Positions 25,385-37,900 of a DNA stretch of 64,000 nt are shown here, piece after piece. Under the pieces are notes generated by a model, which worked only from the letters and a program-made list of their open reading frames with translations, was not told the origin of the DNA and made no database searches. The stretch's first letter is position 1; every line of letters starts with the position of its first letter. The translations under genes were made by a program, and so were the position numbers. The DNA is from Mytilus trossulus (taxonomy: Eukaryota). Location: positions 50,261,378 through 50,325,377 of the forward strand of contig NC_086382.1 of NCBI RefSeq assembly GCF_036588685.1, in the 5' to 3' direction.

Positions 25385-25520
25385 TATCTTGGTGTAATCA
25401 GGGGTGTACGGAATTTTACACCGTTGTTGAAAATTTATACACCCTGAGGCGCAGCCGAATGGGTGTATGAATTTTCAATAACGGTGTTAAGTTCTGTACA
25501 CCCCTGATTACACCAAGATA
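25385..25520. repeat. near-perfect 136-bp palindrome (hairpin / mini-MITE)
   Basis: tatcttggtgtaatcaggggtgtac ... gtacacccctgattacaccaagata with 25-bp perfect termini and complementary inner arms. Confidence 0.7.
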
Positions 25521-26220
25521 ACGAATTTATCTCTTATGAGCAATATTCCTTTACTCATTTTGAAACCAGGATGTAAAATTGTAAAAATGGTAATGAAAAA
25601 TTTCCAGCGTAATATTTTTTCAATGTCCATGCTGCTGCACATTGTCAAATACTTTTTTACTTTATTTTTTGGAAAAAATTCAGAAAATTTTGGTGTTTTA
25701 AGTTTACAAAAAAAAAAAATTTTCAAATTATTATTCATTTTCTTAATTTTCTTTATTTTTCTTTATTTTGGCAAATTTTTTGGGCAAAATTTCATTTTAT
25801 TTTTAAATTTGGCAAAATTTTATTTATCCCTGGGTGAACTAGGGTGGGGTGTTATTTACGACGGGGTAGTCAACCAATCAGATTGCAGTATTTTTGCTGC
25901 ATAAGAAATAAGATTTTTTATTGCTTGATGATCAATTGTATTTTTATGAATTTTTAATTCATGGCTTTAGCAAAGACTTCATACCAGCAATTAAATTTTC
26001 ATTAAAAATTTGAAATTGTAGTTTATTTAAACCAATGAAATCTGTAAAATTATTTTATCCCACAATAGAAAATTATTCCACAGTAGTTACAGAAAAAGAA
26101 ATTATATTAGATAAGATAACAAAATGTTTACAAATATAAAAGGAGACACCAATTTCTCATTAAACCTGCTCTTTAAAACACTGAAGGAAATTTTACTTTA
26201 AATGTAAATATTTTTTGCAG

Positions 26221-26319
26221 AGGATTAATGCTGCCTAAAGTTGTAGTGGACGATTTTGGGGGAACAAGAACAGATGCAGGAATGCTGGGAAATGGTGTCT
26301 ACTTTGCCAGTTCTGCTAG
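26221..26319 (+). CDS. PARP4: PARP4-like exon 10 (RGLMLPKVVVDDFGGTRTDAGMLGNGVYFASSAR)
   Basis: Contains the catalytic Tyr motif GNGVYFAS (human GSGIYFSD). Phase 2 in, phase 2 out. Confidence 0.7.
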
Positions 26320-26728
26320 GTAAGTAAATGTAATTCTGTTTAGATAGACGTGTAAATGCTACTTTGACTGCTATATATATTTAAGGTAAGATACATGTGA
26401 ATAGAAATAGTGGAATTTCAGAAACTATTGCATGCATTTAAAATTGTCATTTTTTAAGATCTATTAACCAAAATGTGTGACTGATAATTCAATTTCAGCT
26501 TATATCAGAACATGCAAGTTCTTATTAATGCAATACTCATCCAGTCCCATTATTCACATTTATAAAACCCTTGCATCAATTTACTTAGAGATTGAAACAT
26601 AAATGTTTGGAAATGCAACTTACTTTTATTTTTCAAAAGTGCAAAGTGCTAATTGTATAATTGGGTGCCAAAAAAGTTGATGATATCAAAATACATAATT
26701 AACAACACCTGGTACCTTTATATTGCAG

Positions 26729-26912
26729 TACCAGTATACAGTACTCAGACCAAAGTAAATGTAAGGGAACCAGGATGATGCTAGTCAGTAATGTTGCCCT
26801 TGGCAACTGTAAAGATTTCACAGAATACCACAAAGATCTACAGGGGCCTCCAGAGGGGTATGATAGCTGTCATGGTGTAGCGTCATCAGAAGAGCAACCA
26901 TCAGAATTCAAG
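26729..26912 (+). CDS. PARP4: PARP4-like exon 11 (TSIQYSDQSKCKGTRMMLVSNVALGNCKDF...PPEGYDSCHGVASSEEQPSEFK)
   Basis: Human counterpart is SIKYSHPGETDGTRLLLICDVALGKCMDL...APPGYDSVHGVS. Confidence 0.7.
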
Positions 26913-27739
26913 GTATAAAATCAGAGGCAAATGCACCTTCTATGTTGTGATGAAATTGAAAATAACTATCCTAATGTTTTGGGTGGTTTTTATACCCCCG
27001 CTTTACCCGCTTTAAAAAAGGGGGTATACTGTTTTACCTCTGTCTGTCTGTCCGTCAGTCCGTCCGTCAGTCCGTCCATCAGTCCGTCCATCAGTCCGTC
27101 CGTCAGTCAGTCCGTCCCATGAAACTTTCGTCACATTTTTCTCAGGAACTTACAATATAAGGATTTCTGAAATTTGGTTTCAGGGTTTATCTAAGTCACC
27201 TATACCGTGTGATGCGTTTTCAGATTGATCACTTGACAACTTCCTGTTTACCGAACACTTGTATGATTTTATACATGATAGCCAAGTTGAAAATTTTCGT
27301 CACATTTTTCTCAGGAACTACAATACAAGGATTTCTGAAATTTGGTTTCAGGGTTTATCTAAGTCAGGTATACCGTGTGATGCATTTTCAGATTCATCAC
27401 TTGACAACTTCCTGTTTACCGAACACTTGCATATTTTTACACTATTAATATTATCCACTTGCGGTGGGGGTATCATCAGTGAGTAGTAGCTCACAGTTTA
27501 CTTGTTATTATTGATCTTTTGCATTAGGATATACTCCAAAAAACTTTTCCTTTCTTTTAAGAATATGAATAAATTCACCACTTTTGACTTATTAAAAATC
27601 TAAGCAAGGTAAATAATTCTTTGCAGTTAATCCAGTTTCAGCTAATTTTGAAATAGAAGGTACAATGTCCAATGAATGTTAAGCAGGGGTTCTGATCCCG
27701 AATCCCACTTACTGTTTTGTAAGATTCCCTGTATCCCAC

Positions 27740-29029
27740 TTGCACTACATGTATGTAAGTAACCAATTCTCTTTTTGTCGAGCCTTCGACTTTAGTCGAA
27801 AAAGCGAGACTAAGCGATCCTACTTTCCGTCGGCGTCTGCGGCGGCGGCGGCGTCAACAAATATTCACTCTGTGGTTAAAGTTTTTTATACGACCGCTTC
27901 AAAATTTTCGTCGTATATTGCTATCACGTTGGCGTCGTCGTCTGTGCGTCGTTGTCGTCGTCGTCGTCGTCGTCGTCCGAAAATACTTTTAGTTTTCGCA
28001 CTCTAACTTTAGTAAAAGTGAATAGAAATCTATGAAATTTTAACACAAGGTTTATGACCATAAAAGGAAGGTTGGTATTGATTTTGGGAGTTTTGGTCCC
28101 AACATTTTAGGAATTAGGGGCCAAAAAGGGCCCAAATAAGCATTTTCTTGGTTTTCGCACTATAACTTTAGTTTAAGTTAATAGAAATCTATGAAATTTT
28201 GACACAAAGTTGATGACCACAAAAGAAAGGTTGGGATTGATTTTGGGAGTTTTGGTTTTAACAGTTTAGGAATTAGGGGCCAGAAAAGGGCCCAAATAAG
28301 CATTATTCTTGGTTTTCGCACAATAACTTTAGTTTAAGTAAATAGAAATCAATGAAATTTAAATATAATGTTTATGACCACAAAAGGAAGATTGGTATTG
28401 ATTTTGGGAGTTTAGATCCAAACAGTTTAGGAATTAGGGGCCAAAAAGGGACCCAAATAAGCATTTTTCTTGGTTTTCGCACCATAACGATAGTATAAGT
28501 AAATAGAAATCTATGAAATTTAAACACAAGGTTAATGACCATAAAAGGAAAGTTGGTATTGATTTTGGGAGTTTTGGTCCCAACAGTTTAGGAAAAAGGG
28601 GCCCAAAGGGTCCAAAATTAAACTTTGTTTGATTTCATCAAAATTGAATAATTGGGGTTCTTTGATATGCCGAATCTAACTGTGTATGTAGATTCTTAAC
28701 TTTTGGTCCCGTTTTCAAATTGGTCTACATTAAGGTCCAAAGGGTCCAAAATTAAACTTAGTTTGATTTTAACAAAAATTGAATCCTTGGAGTTCTTTGA
28801 TATGCTGAATCTAAAAATGTACTTAGATTTTTGATTATTGGCCCAGTTTTCAAGTTGGCCCAAATCGGGGTCCAAAATTTAACTTTTTTGATTTCATCAA
28901 AAATTGAATAAATGGGGTTCTTTGATATGCCAAATCTAACTGTGTATGTAGATTCTTCATTTTTATACGACCGCAAATTTTGAAAAAATTTTCGTCGTAT
29001 ATTGCTATCACGTTGGCGTCGTCGTCGTT

Positions 29030-29062
<33 letters not shown>

Positions 29063-32000
29063 CGAATACTTTTAGTTTTCGCACTCTAACTTTAGTAAAA
29101 GTGAATAGAAATCTATGAAATTTTAACACAAGGTTTATGACCATAAAAGGAAGGCTGGTATTGATTTTGGGAGTTTTGGTCCCAATATTTTAGGAATTAG
29201 GGGCCAAAAAGGGCCCAAATAAGCATTTTCTTGGTTTTCGCACTATAACTTTAGTTTAAGTTAATAGAAATCTATGAAATTTTGACACAAGGTTTATGAC
29301 CACAAAAGCAAGGTTGGGATTGATTTTGGGAGTTTTGGTTTCAACAGTTTAGGAATTAGGGGCCAAAAAAGGGCCCAAATAAGCATTATTCTTGGTTTTC
29401 GTACAATAACTTTAGTTAAAGTAAATAGAAATCAATGAAATTTAAACACAATGTTTATGACCGCTAAAGGAAGGTTGGTATTGATTTTGGGAGTTTCGGT
29501 CCTAACAGTTTAGGAATTAGGGGCCAAAAAGGGACCCAAATAAGCATTTTTCTTGGTTTTTCGCACCATAGCGTTAGTATAAGTAAATAGAAATCTATGA
29601 AATTTAAACACAAGGTTTATGACTATAAAAGGAAGGTTGGTATTGATTTTGGGAGTTTGGGTCCCAACAGTTAAGGAAAAAGGGGCCCAAAGGGTCCAAA
29701 ATTAAACTTTGTTTGATTTCATGAAAATTGAATAATTGGGGTTCTTTAATATGCCGAATCTAACTGTGTATGTAGATTCTTAATTTTTGGTCCTGTTTTC
29801 AAATTGGTCTACATTAAGGTCCAAAGGGTCCAAAATTAAACTTAGTTTGATTTTAACAAAAATCAAATTCTTGGGCCTCTTTGATATTCTGAATCTAAAC
29901 ATGTACTTAGATTTTTGATTATGGGCCCAGTTTTCAAGTTGGTCCAAATCAGGATCTAAAATTATTATATCAAGTCTTTTCAATTGCACAGTATTGTGCA
30001 ATGGCAAGAAATATCTAATTTCACAATATTGTGAAATAGCAAATTTTTTTTTAATTAAGAGTTATCTTTCTTTGTCCAGTAAAGTAAGCAAGAAATATCT
30101 GCAAGATTTTTTTTTAATTGGAGTTATCTTTCTTTGTCCAGAATCAACTTAAATCTTTGTTATATACAATATACAATGTATATTCACTTTTTACTACCAA
30201 CTGATAAATTTAAATAATCTTTACCATTCAGTGATAACAAGCAGTTTTTTTACATCTTAATATTTTATGATGTATTTAAATGAGTAGTAATTGTTGCAAA
30301 CTTCATTAGAATATTTTAATTGAAATTAGTTTTGGAATAAGGGAGAGGGGGATGTGATTAAAAAATTGGGTTCAAATTTTTCTCATTTGAAATTTCATAA
30401 ATAAAAAGAAAATTTCTTCAAACATTTTTTTGAGAGGATTAATATTCAACAGCATAGTGAATTGCTCTAAGAGAAAACAAAAAAATTAAGTTCATTTGAA
30501 TACATTCATTCTGTGTCAGAAACCTATGCTGTGTCAACTATTTAATCACAATCCAAATTTAGAGCGGAATCCAGCTTGAATGTTGTGTCCATACTTGCCC
30601 CAACTGTTCAGGGTTCAACCTCTGCGGTCGTATAAAGCTACGCCCTGCGGAGCATCTGGTTGGTCCTGTTTTCAAATTGGCCTACATTAAGGTCCAAAGA
30701 GTCCAAAATTAAACTAAGTTTGATTTTAACAAAAATTAAATTCTTGGGCCTCTTTGATATGCTGAATCTAAACATGTACTTAGATTTTTGATTATGGGCC
30801 CAGTTTTCAAGTTGGTCCAAATCAGGATCTAAAATTATTATATTAAGTATTGTGGAATAGCAAGTCTTTTCAATTGCACAGTATTGTGCAATGGCAAGAA
30901 ATATCTAATTTCACAATATTGTGAAATAGCAAATTTTTTTTTAATTAGAGTTATCTTTCTTTGTCCAAAATAGTAAGCAAGAAATATCTTATTGCAAGAA
31001 TTTTTTTTAATTGGAGTTATCTTTCTTTGTCCAGAATCAACTTAAATCTTTGTTATATACAATATACAATGTATATTCACCTTTTACTACCAACTGATAA
31101 ATTTAAATAATCTTTACCATTCAGTGATAACAAGCAGTTTTTTTACATTTTATTTACAGTTTATTTTATGATGTATTTAAATGAGTAGTTATTGTTGCAA
31201 ACTCCATTAGAATATTTTAATTGAGATTAGTTTTGGAATAAGGGAAAGGGGGATGTGATTAAAAAATTGGGTTCAATTTTTCTCATTTGAAATTTCATAA
31301 ATAAAAAGAAAATTTCTTCAAAAATTATTTTGAGAGGATTAATATTGAACAGCATAGTGAATTGCTCTAAGAGAAAACAAAAAAATTTAAGTTCATTAGA
31401 ACACATTCATTCTGTGTCAGAAACCTATGCTGTGTCAACTATTTAATCACAATCCAAATTAAGAGCTGAATCCAGCTTGAATGTTGTGTCCATACTTGCC
31501 CCAACCGTTCAGGGTTCAACCTCTGCCGTCGTATAAAGCTACGCCCTGCAAAGCATCTGGTTGAAATTTTAATAACTTTCTTAAACTATAATGGATTTCT
31601 ACCAAACTTGGACAGAAGCTTGTTTATGATCTTAAGATAGTATCCAGAAGTGAATTTTGTAAAAATAAAATTCAAATTTTTCCAAATTTTACTTATAAAT
31701 GGACTTAGTTTTTCTACGGGGAAACATTACATTCACTCTGTGGTTAAAGTTTTTAGAATTTTAATAACTTTCTTAAACTATCCTGGGTTTGTACCAAACT
31801 TGGACAGAAGCTTGTTTATGATCATAAGATAGTAACCAGAAGTAAATTTTGTAAAATAATAAATCCATTTTTTCCATATTTTACTTTTAAATGGACTTAG
31901 TTTTTCTGCGGGGAAACATTACATTCACCCTGTGGTCAATGGTGGTTAAAGTTTTTAAAATTTTAATAACTTTCTTAAACTATCCTGGGTTTGTACCAAA

Positions 32001-32250
32001 CTTGGACAGAAGCTTGTTTATGATCATAAGATAGTATCCAGAAGTGAATTTTGTAAAAAAATAAATCCATTTTTCCGTATTTTTCTTTTAAATGAACTTA
32101 AATTTTCTTCCAGTTAACCATACATACATGTACAGTCTGCAGTTGTTTTTAAAACATTTATTAGATTCATAAACTATCCTGGATTTTAACCAAACTTAGA
32201 CAGAAGCTTCTTAAAATCAGAAGATTGTATCAAGAGGAATATTTTTATTG
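27740..32250. repeat. nested repeat/TE cluster: (GCG/CGT)n microsatellites, TTTTATACGACCGC-type termini, 180-bp tandem arrays (28010-28620, 29120-29700), a 650-bp direct duplication (29950-30660 vs 30840-31560), and a 190-bp tandem array (31560-32250)
   Basis: Read directly: 27880-28965 is similar to 28965-29950; ttttatacgaccgc at 27880 and 28965 versus the inverted gcggtcgtataaag at 30625 and 31523. Confidence 0.6.
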
Positions 32251-32515
32251 ATTTTTTTCCGTATTTTTGTTGAACCTGCGATTTACAGCAAAAGTAGGCG
32301 AGACACCGGGTTCCGGGGAACCCTTACAACTTTTTTTTGTAATTTCCCGTGTCCCACTAGACTTTATTTCCAGTTTTCATGGCACAATAATTTGACTTTC
32401 AGGTGTCATGCTTATAACAAATCAGCCAATGCCGAGTCACACTTAGACCCCAATGAAGTATATAACTTTCTATTTAGAATTAGCTGTAGAATAAATAATT
32501 TGTCTTTAAATACAG

Positions 32516-32660
32516 GATGATGAGTTTGTGATTTACGAAACTGACCAACAGATGACACAATACTTGGTAGAGTTCTCTGTCAGGGGAGATAACAAGAAGA
32601 CAATGAACATAGAGGAATTGTCAGACGAAATAGAGGAAGACACAGAAGTAGAAGACAAAA
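32516..32660 (+). CDS. PARP4: PARP4-like exon 12 (DDEFVIYETDQQMTQYLVEFSVRGD...; catalytic Glu)
   Basis: Human counterpart is DDEFVVYKTNQVKMKYIIKFSMPGD. Donor A|gtaaac gives phase 1. Confidence 0.65.
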
Positions 32661-33178
32661 GTAAACCAGTTCAAATAATTATAATATTAAGAAAAACTAT
32701 GCAGGAAATCAGGTTTCAAGGCCATATTTGAACACAGTATTATTTATAAAATTGATAGCCAATGAGATAACTCTCCAACAGTGATCAAATGACATAGAAG
32801 TTAAAAACTATAGATCACTGTACTACCATCAGCTGGTAAAACTTTGTCAAACTTGGGAAATCTTTTAAACATTTATCACTTTGTAAATTGCTTTGGAGGA
32901 TTGTATCAGGTTTTAACTTTTTTCTTACAGTCTAAAATAAGTACAATCCTGTAAAAAATAATGTTAATATTTCTGAATGTTTTATTTTTTCAAATATGAC
33001 AACTATTGCACCTATGCTAACTTATTTGGATCTTTTGATAAATATCTTCATAGCTGGCATGTGCTCTTGATATTATTAGCTGCAAAACAGCATAGATAGT
33101 TTTTATTTTGATTGGCAATCAGGTTTTTCCTAAAAATATGTTTCCTTGGCTAAATATTCATATTGTTTTGTATTTCAG

Positions 33179-33312
33179 TTGATTTAAAAGATGTATCTGG
33201 AATAAGGAATCCCATGGACAAAGTAGAGCCAGGATTGGTATCTACTTCAGGAGAATCATGTGTTCTTAAATCAGTCCATATCAGAGCTCAGCTTATGGAC
33301 TTGGCCTCAAAG
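33179..33312 (+). CDS. PARP4: PARP4-like exon 13
   Basis: IDLKDVSGIRNPMDKVEPGLVSTSGESCVLKSVHIRAQLMDLASK. Phase 1 in, phase 0 out. Donor GTATGA. Confidence 0.55.
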
Positions 33313-33851
33313 GTATGATTATAATGAAAACTGGTCATAGCAAAAATCATTTCATAGTTGATATGTTTTTAAAACAAAAGCTTCATCAGATAGATGGGTA
33401 TCGACTTAAAATATTGATCTCAAGTAGTTTCAAAAAGACAAAGAAAATATTCAGTTTTGTAAGCCTCCTAATCAAGTTAATCTTCACATGCTGCAGGGAT
33501 AGGAATGGGTTAAATATCTTTGAAAAAATTAGACACAATAGATCTGATACTACAACAACATATTATTTTTAGTTGTCACAAAAATACCTCACCAACCTTG
33601 TCTCTACTTTACAAACATATTATATCTTTTTCTTACATCATTTTATATTATACATCAAGTGGACTATCACCATCAAATGGTACAAGCTGGTTATAATAGT
33701 CCAAGGTGGATACTGATGTTGTCTTAAAAGCCTTGTGAAACTAAACCTATAAAAAGACAACTGCAAATTATATTATCTTGAAGACGCAACTGTTAGTTGC
33801 CAAAAAGCATTCCTTTCAAAAATTATGGGTGTTGTCTTTTATTATATAGAT

Positions 33852-34110
33852 ATAGGAAGATGTGGTATGAGTGCCAATGAGACAACTCTCCATCCAAATA
33901 ACAATTTAAAAAAGTAAACCATTATAGGTCAAGGTACGGCCTTTAACACAGAGCCTTGACTCAAACCGTACAACAAGCTATAAAGGTCCCCAAAAATTAC
34001 TAGTGTAAAACCATTCAAACAGGAAAACCAAAGGTTTATCTATATAAAAAAAAAACAAGAAAAGAGGGACATGTATAAATAATATAAACAAACCACAACT
34101 ACTGTACGGG
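33852..34110 (+). mobile_element. SINE family A copy
   Basis: tataggaagatgtggtatgagtgccaatgagacaactctccatcc. Ends about 33 bp before the exon-14 acceptor. Confidence 0.65.
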
Positions 34111-34142
34111 TACATCAGATTCCTGTTATTTTAAACTGTTAG

Positions 34143-34367
34143 GTTGTAGTACTCCAAGAATACCACAACACCAGTACCTCTACTCTAGAAGCTAAGTATG
34201 TATTCCCATTGGATGATATGGCTGCTGTTTGTGGATTTGAAGCTTTTATAAACGGTAAACATATCGTAGGAGAAGTAAAGGAGAAGGAGACGGCTCACAA
34301 GGAATACAAGAAGGCAATAAGTGAAGGACATGGAGCCTATCTCATGGATCAGGATGAAGAAACTCCT
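34143..34367 (+). CDS. PARP4: PARP4-like exon 14 (VIT domain: EAKYVFPLDDMAAVCGFEAFINGKHIVGEVKEKETAHKEYKKAISEGHGAYLMDQDEETP)
   Basis: Near-identical to human EAKYIFPLDDKAAVCGFEAFINGKHIVGEIKEKEEAQQEYLEAVTQGHGAYLMSQD. Confidence 0.85.
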
Positions 34368-34437
34368 GTAAATAAATTCTAATGTATCAATGATTCTGAC
34401 TGGGCTCTTAATATCAAAATTATGATAAGGAAAAAAA

Positions 34438-34630
34438 AAGAAGATGTGGTATGATTGCCAAAGAGACAATTCTCAACAAAAAAACAAATGACAAAAAATT
34501 TAACCACTGTAGGTCACCATATGGCCTTAATCAATGAGTAAATCCAATACCACATAGTCACCTGTAAAAGGCCCAGAAATTACAAATGAAAATTAATGTC
34601 CTCATATATAAACAAAATAATGAATGAACA
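34438..34630 (+). mobile_element. SINE family A copy
   Basis: aagaagatgtggtatgattgccaaagagacaattctc. Lies 70 bp after the exon-14 donor. Confidence 0.6.
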
Positions 34631-35250
34631 CTGTTATGATCTCTTCTTTTTGTTTGTGGTTTTTATTAAACGCAGCAAAAGAAAGTTAAATGAAAATTTA
34701 AAAAAATTAAAAATAAAATAAATTATAACCTTAAGTGAGGTGTTGAATACAAAAAAAATATATTTGTCTATGCAAAATTGGTTATGACTTAATAGATATT
34801 ATACTCTATTCAGGACTTGCATGATATCTCTTATAAATATGGAAATTTAAACCATCCATGTTACTTAGAAATATATGTATTAAAATTGAGTTGGTCTGAG
34901 GTAAATTGATAGTTGCCATTGTCAATTGATGATTGCAGCTTTAAAATACAATACAGTTATTACAAACTTTAAAATTCAGCTCTGTGTCATTTTGTGTGTA
35001 TGTATGTTGTGTGGTTTTTTTTGCTTCCTATTTTTTTCTTTTTTTATATAAAGAAAAGTTTTGGGCTGTAATAAAATTATCAAACTCAATAAATTTAAAA
35101 AAAAGATTGTTGATTATTTTTTCCATGGATACCACTGGCTTTGAATTACAAATATTAGTTAGACAAGGCTATTAGTATGTATGTTTTTCTGATTGTAATA
35201 CATTTGTTGATGGTTCTGTTTAAAGGTTATAATAAGGAATTTCTTTTTAG

Positions 35251-35406
35251 GATGTATTTACAGTCAGTGTGGGTAATCTACCACCAGGGTGTGTGGCCCT
35301 CATCAAGATAACTTATGTATCAGAATTACAAGTAGAGGGAGAATTGATTAACTTTACAATTCCTGGATCTGTGGCTCCTTGGAAACAGGGACCCAGTAAT
35401 ACTGAG
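35251..35406 (+). CDS. PARP4: PARP4-like exon 15 (DVFTVSVGNLPPGCVALIKITYVSELQVEGELINFTIPGSVAPWKQGPSNTE)
   Basis: Human counterpart is DVFTVSVGNLPPKAKVLIKITYITEL...ATVAPWQQD. Confidence 0.8.
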
Positions 35407-35692
35407 GTAAGGGAGGTAATCTACCACCAGGGTGTGTAGCCCTCATCAAGATAACTTATGTATCAGAATTACAAGTAGAGGGAGAATTGATTAACTTTAC
35501 AATTCCTGGATCTGTGGCTCCTTGGAAAGAGGGACCCAGTAATACTGAGGTAAGGGAGGTAATCTACCACCAGGGTGTGTAGCCCTCATCAAGATAACTT
35601 ATGTATCAGAATTACAAGTAGAAGGAGAATTAATTAACTTCACAATTCCTGGATCTGTGGCTCCTTGGAAACAGGGACCCAGTAATACTGAG
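35407..35692 (+). repeat. PARP4: two extra tandem copies (143 bp each) of [first 8 nt of intron + last 135 nt of exon 15]
   Basis: gtaaggga + GGTAATCTACC...ACTGAG repeated at 35407 and 35550. The copies differ from the exon at a synonymous GTG-to-GTA site. The 143-nt length would shift the frame if the downstream donors were used. Confidence 0.8.
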
Positions 35693-36943
35693 GTAAGGGA
35701 GGTATTCTATAATATGGGGCTCTCATTATGGGTCTGATCCAGGATCCTGTTTATTGTTTTGTCAGATTAAAGAAGCCCACTTATCATTGTAATAAGTCAA
35801 TGGAGATAATTGGGACAACACCTCAAAATGAGGAACTCAAAAGTCATGTGTAAAGAAAAATCTCTGTGTAGTGAAATTGGACATGTTTCTATTTTTTTCA
35901 AATGACTGAGCTTAACCATTTGTGGTGATTAGGAAAGTAAAGAAACAAAGAATAAATTTGTAAAAACTATGGAGCTATTGAATATGTTCAAAGTATTAAA
36001 ATTTTCAAAGAACTTATTGTGTTAAAAAGGGGATACTTTACCACAAGGAGCCGCATCAAAAAGGATGTTCGGAGAATGCTAATTTACGAAAAAAGTAATC
36101 TCACTTCGTACCTTGAAAATTTAACCACATATGTTAAAATGTCACAAAAAAAGCTATCCTACATATCCAAGTTTACGATATGGATTAAGCTACAGGAAAA
36201 AACGTTACCATTACCGCCTATGAAAAAACAATAAAAGATATTGACCCAATTGCAAATAGACTGAGACAATGTGTTTGTCCCTAGATATGTTTTGTGCCAA
36301 AAATACAAGTCGTTCAATCTACAGTTCAAATGCTTGTTACAGGGAGAATGAGAAGGATAGACAATTAATACATAGAGAATAATACATGGCAAAATCCGTA
36401 TTATATGTTGTATCATCCCGAGACATCAATATCAGCCCAAGGGCCTTTAGGCCCGAGGGATGATATTGGTTGAGGGTGATACGGCATGTGATATGGATTT
36501 TGCCATGTATTATACGCTTTATCATATATTTCAACAGAAGAGTATTATATTATATGAACTGTTATCTGATCCATAGCACTGGGTTACCTTCAGTTCTGCA
36601 TTTGTCTTGTTTCAAAGCCTTAAAATAACTGCTCAATTATTTATACGAAGCACCTGGATTTTGCCATGTATTATCCTTACAATCTGTTGTTTTAAAAATA
36701 TTTTGTTTATTATTGTATTTATTTGAGTATTTTGTATTTTTTATACATGTATAGTTGCATTCAGTGTACCAAAAAATATGTTGTGAAAACTTATGTTCAT
36801 GACGTCACATACAATATTAAACTTGACGTTCGTGACGTTACATACCAAACAATGACGTCATTAAAAAAATTGACCTATTTTAAGGATTTTTTTCTTAAGC
36901 CAAAAATAAACAAAAACTGACTTCATGTAAAAAAAAAAAAAAA

Positions 36944-37020
36944 AAAAGGTATGCCATACGGGGTATGCGATACGGATTTAGCTATGCGATACAGGTATGC
37001 GATACAGGGTAAGTGATACA
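36944..37020. repeat. (GGTATGCGATACAG)n-like minisatellite
   Basis: ggtatgccatacggggtatgcgatacgg...gctatgcgatacaggtatgcgatacagggtaagtgatacag. Confidence 0.7.
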
Positions 37021-37363
37021 GACTGGAAAAACGAACCTTTATTAGATATACAAAATAGCTGTATTTTGTACTAAATATATGATAACGGAGTATATATAAC
37101 TGCTTGATTTCTTGGTTCTGTTTGTCAGTAGAGAAGCAGAAAGCCTATAAAACTGATGTAAAAGAGATAACTTAGAGTAAAGGGAGAGAAATATTAATGA
37201 CTTTATTATAATCTCTTATGAAAAAGGAAATCTGCATCCAAGAATAAATTGGAATAGTTTAAAGTTGCAAGAGTACCCATGAATTTCTGTATTCTTGGAC
37301 CTGGTAATGTTTTTTGTTGTACCAAATAAAAAAGAGTAATGTGAACGATTACTATATTTTCAG

Positions 37364-37456
37364 AGTTCAGAAGACAGTTGTAGTATACAAGTCTCCGTAC
37401 AGATGCCATTTGACATCAGAACTATAACATGCCCAACACATCAAATTAGAAAAAAG
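37364..37456 (+). CDS. PARP4: PARP4-like exon 16
   Basis: SSEDSCSIQVSVQMPFDIRTITCPTHQIRKK. Human counterpart is SFSLTMSIEMPYVIEFIFSDTHELKQKRT. Confidence 0.6.
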
Positions 37457-37467
37457 GTATGTATAAA

Positions 37468-37650
37468 AAAGAAGATGTGTTATGATTGCCAATGAGACAA
37501 CTCTCCACAAGAAACCAAAATGACACAGAAATTAACAGCTATAGGTCACCGTACGGTCTTCAAGAATGAGCAAAGTCCATACTGCATAGTCCGCTATAAA
37601 AGGCCCCGAAATGACAATGTAAAACAATTCAAACCAGAAAACTAACAGCC
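37468..37650 (+). mobile_element. SINE family A copy
   Basis: aagaagatgtgttatgattgccaatgagacaactctcc. Begins 12 bp after the exon-16 donor. Confidence 0.6.
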
Positions 37651-37765
37651 TTATTTCTGGACATGGCATATAGTATTGACTTTTGTTTAGTTTTATTATC
37701 TATTTTGTCAGGTTGCTGTCACCCCCACTGCGTAATTCACATAACAATGCATTTTATAATTGTAG

Positions 37766-37900
37766 AAAACAGCCACTAGTTGTATCATTGAGATGATTGG
37801 ACAGAAAATATCTGATGGATTTCAATTACTGATAGGACTTGCTGAAATACATGTTCCGAGGATGTGGGTTGAGGTGGATAGTGAAGGGACACAGACTGAG
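37766..37900 (+). CDS. PARP4: PARP4-like exon 17
   Basis: KTATSCIIEMIGQKISDGFQLLIGLAEIHVPRMWVEVDSEGTQTE. Human counterpart is DCKAVISTMEGSSLDSSGFSLHIGLSAAYLPRMWVEKHPEKESE. Confidence 0.75.

Noticed and set aside
25536-25904. ORF of 122 aa on the plus strand.
   Set aside because: Extremely AT-rich, low-complexity translation (FIFLIFFIFLYFGKFF) with no splice or homology support.
28758-29144. ORF with an RRRRRRRRRR run on the minus strand, and ORF 27740-28006 on the plus strand.
   Set aside because: Both are produced by reading through (GCG)n and (CGT)n microsatellites inside the repeat cluster. There is no gene-like context.
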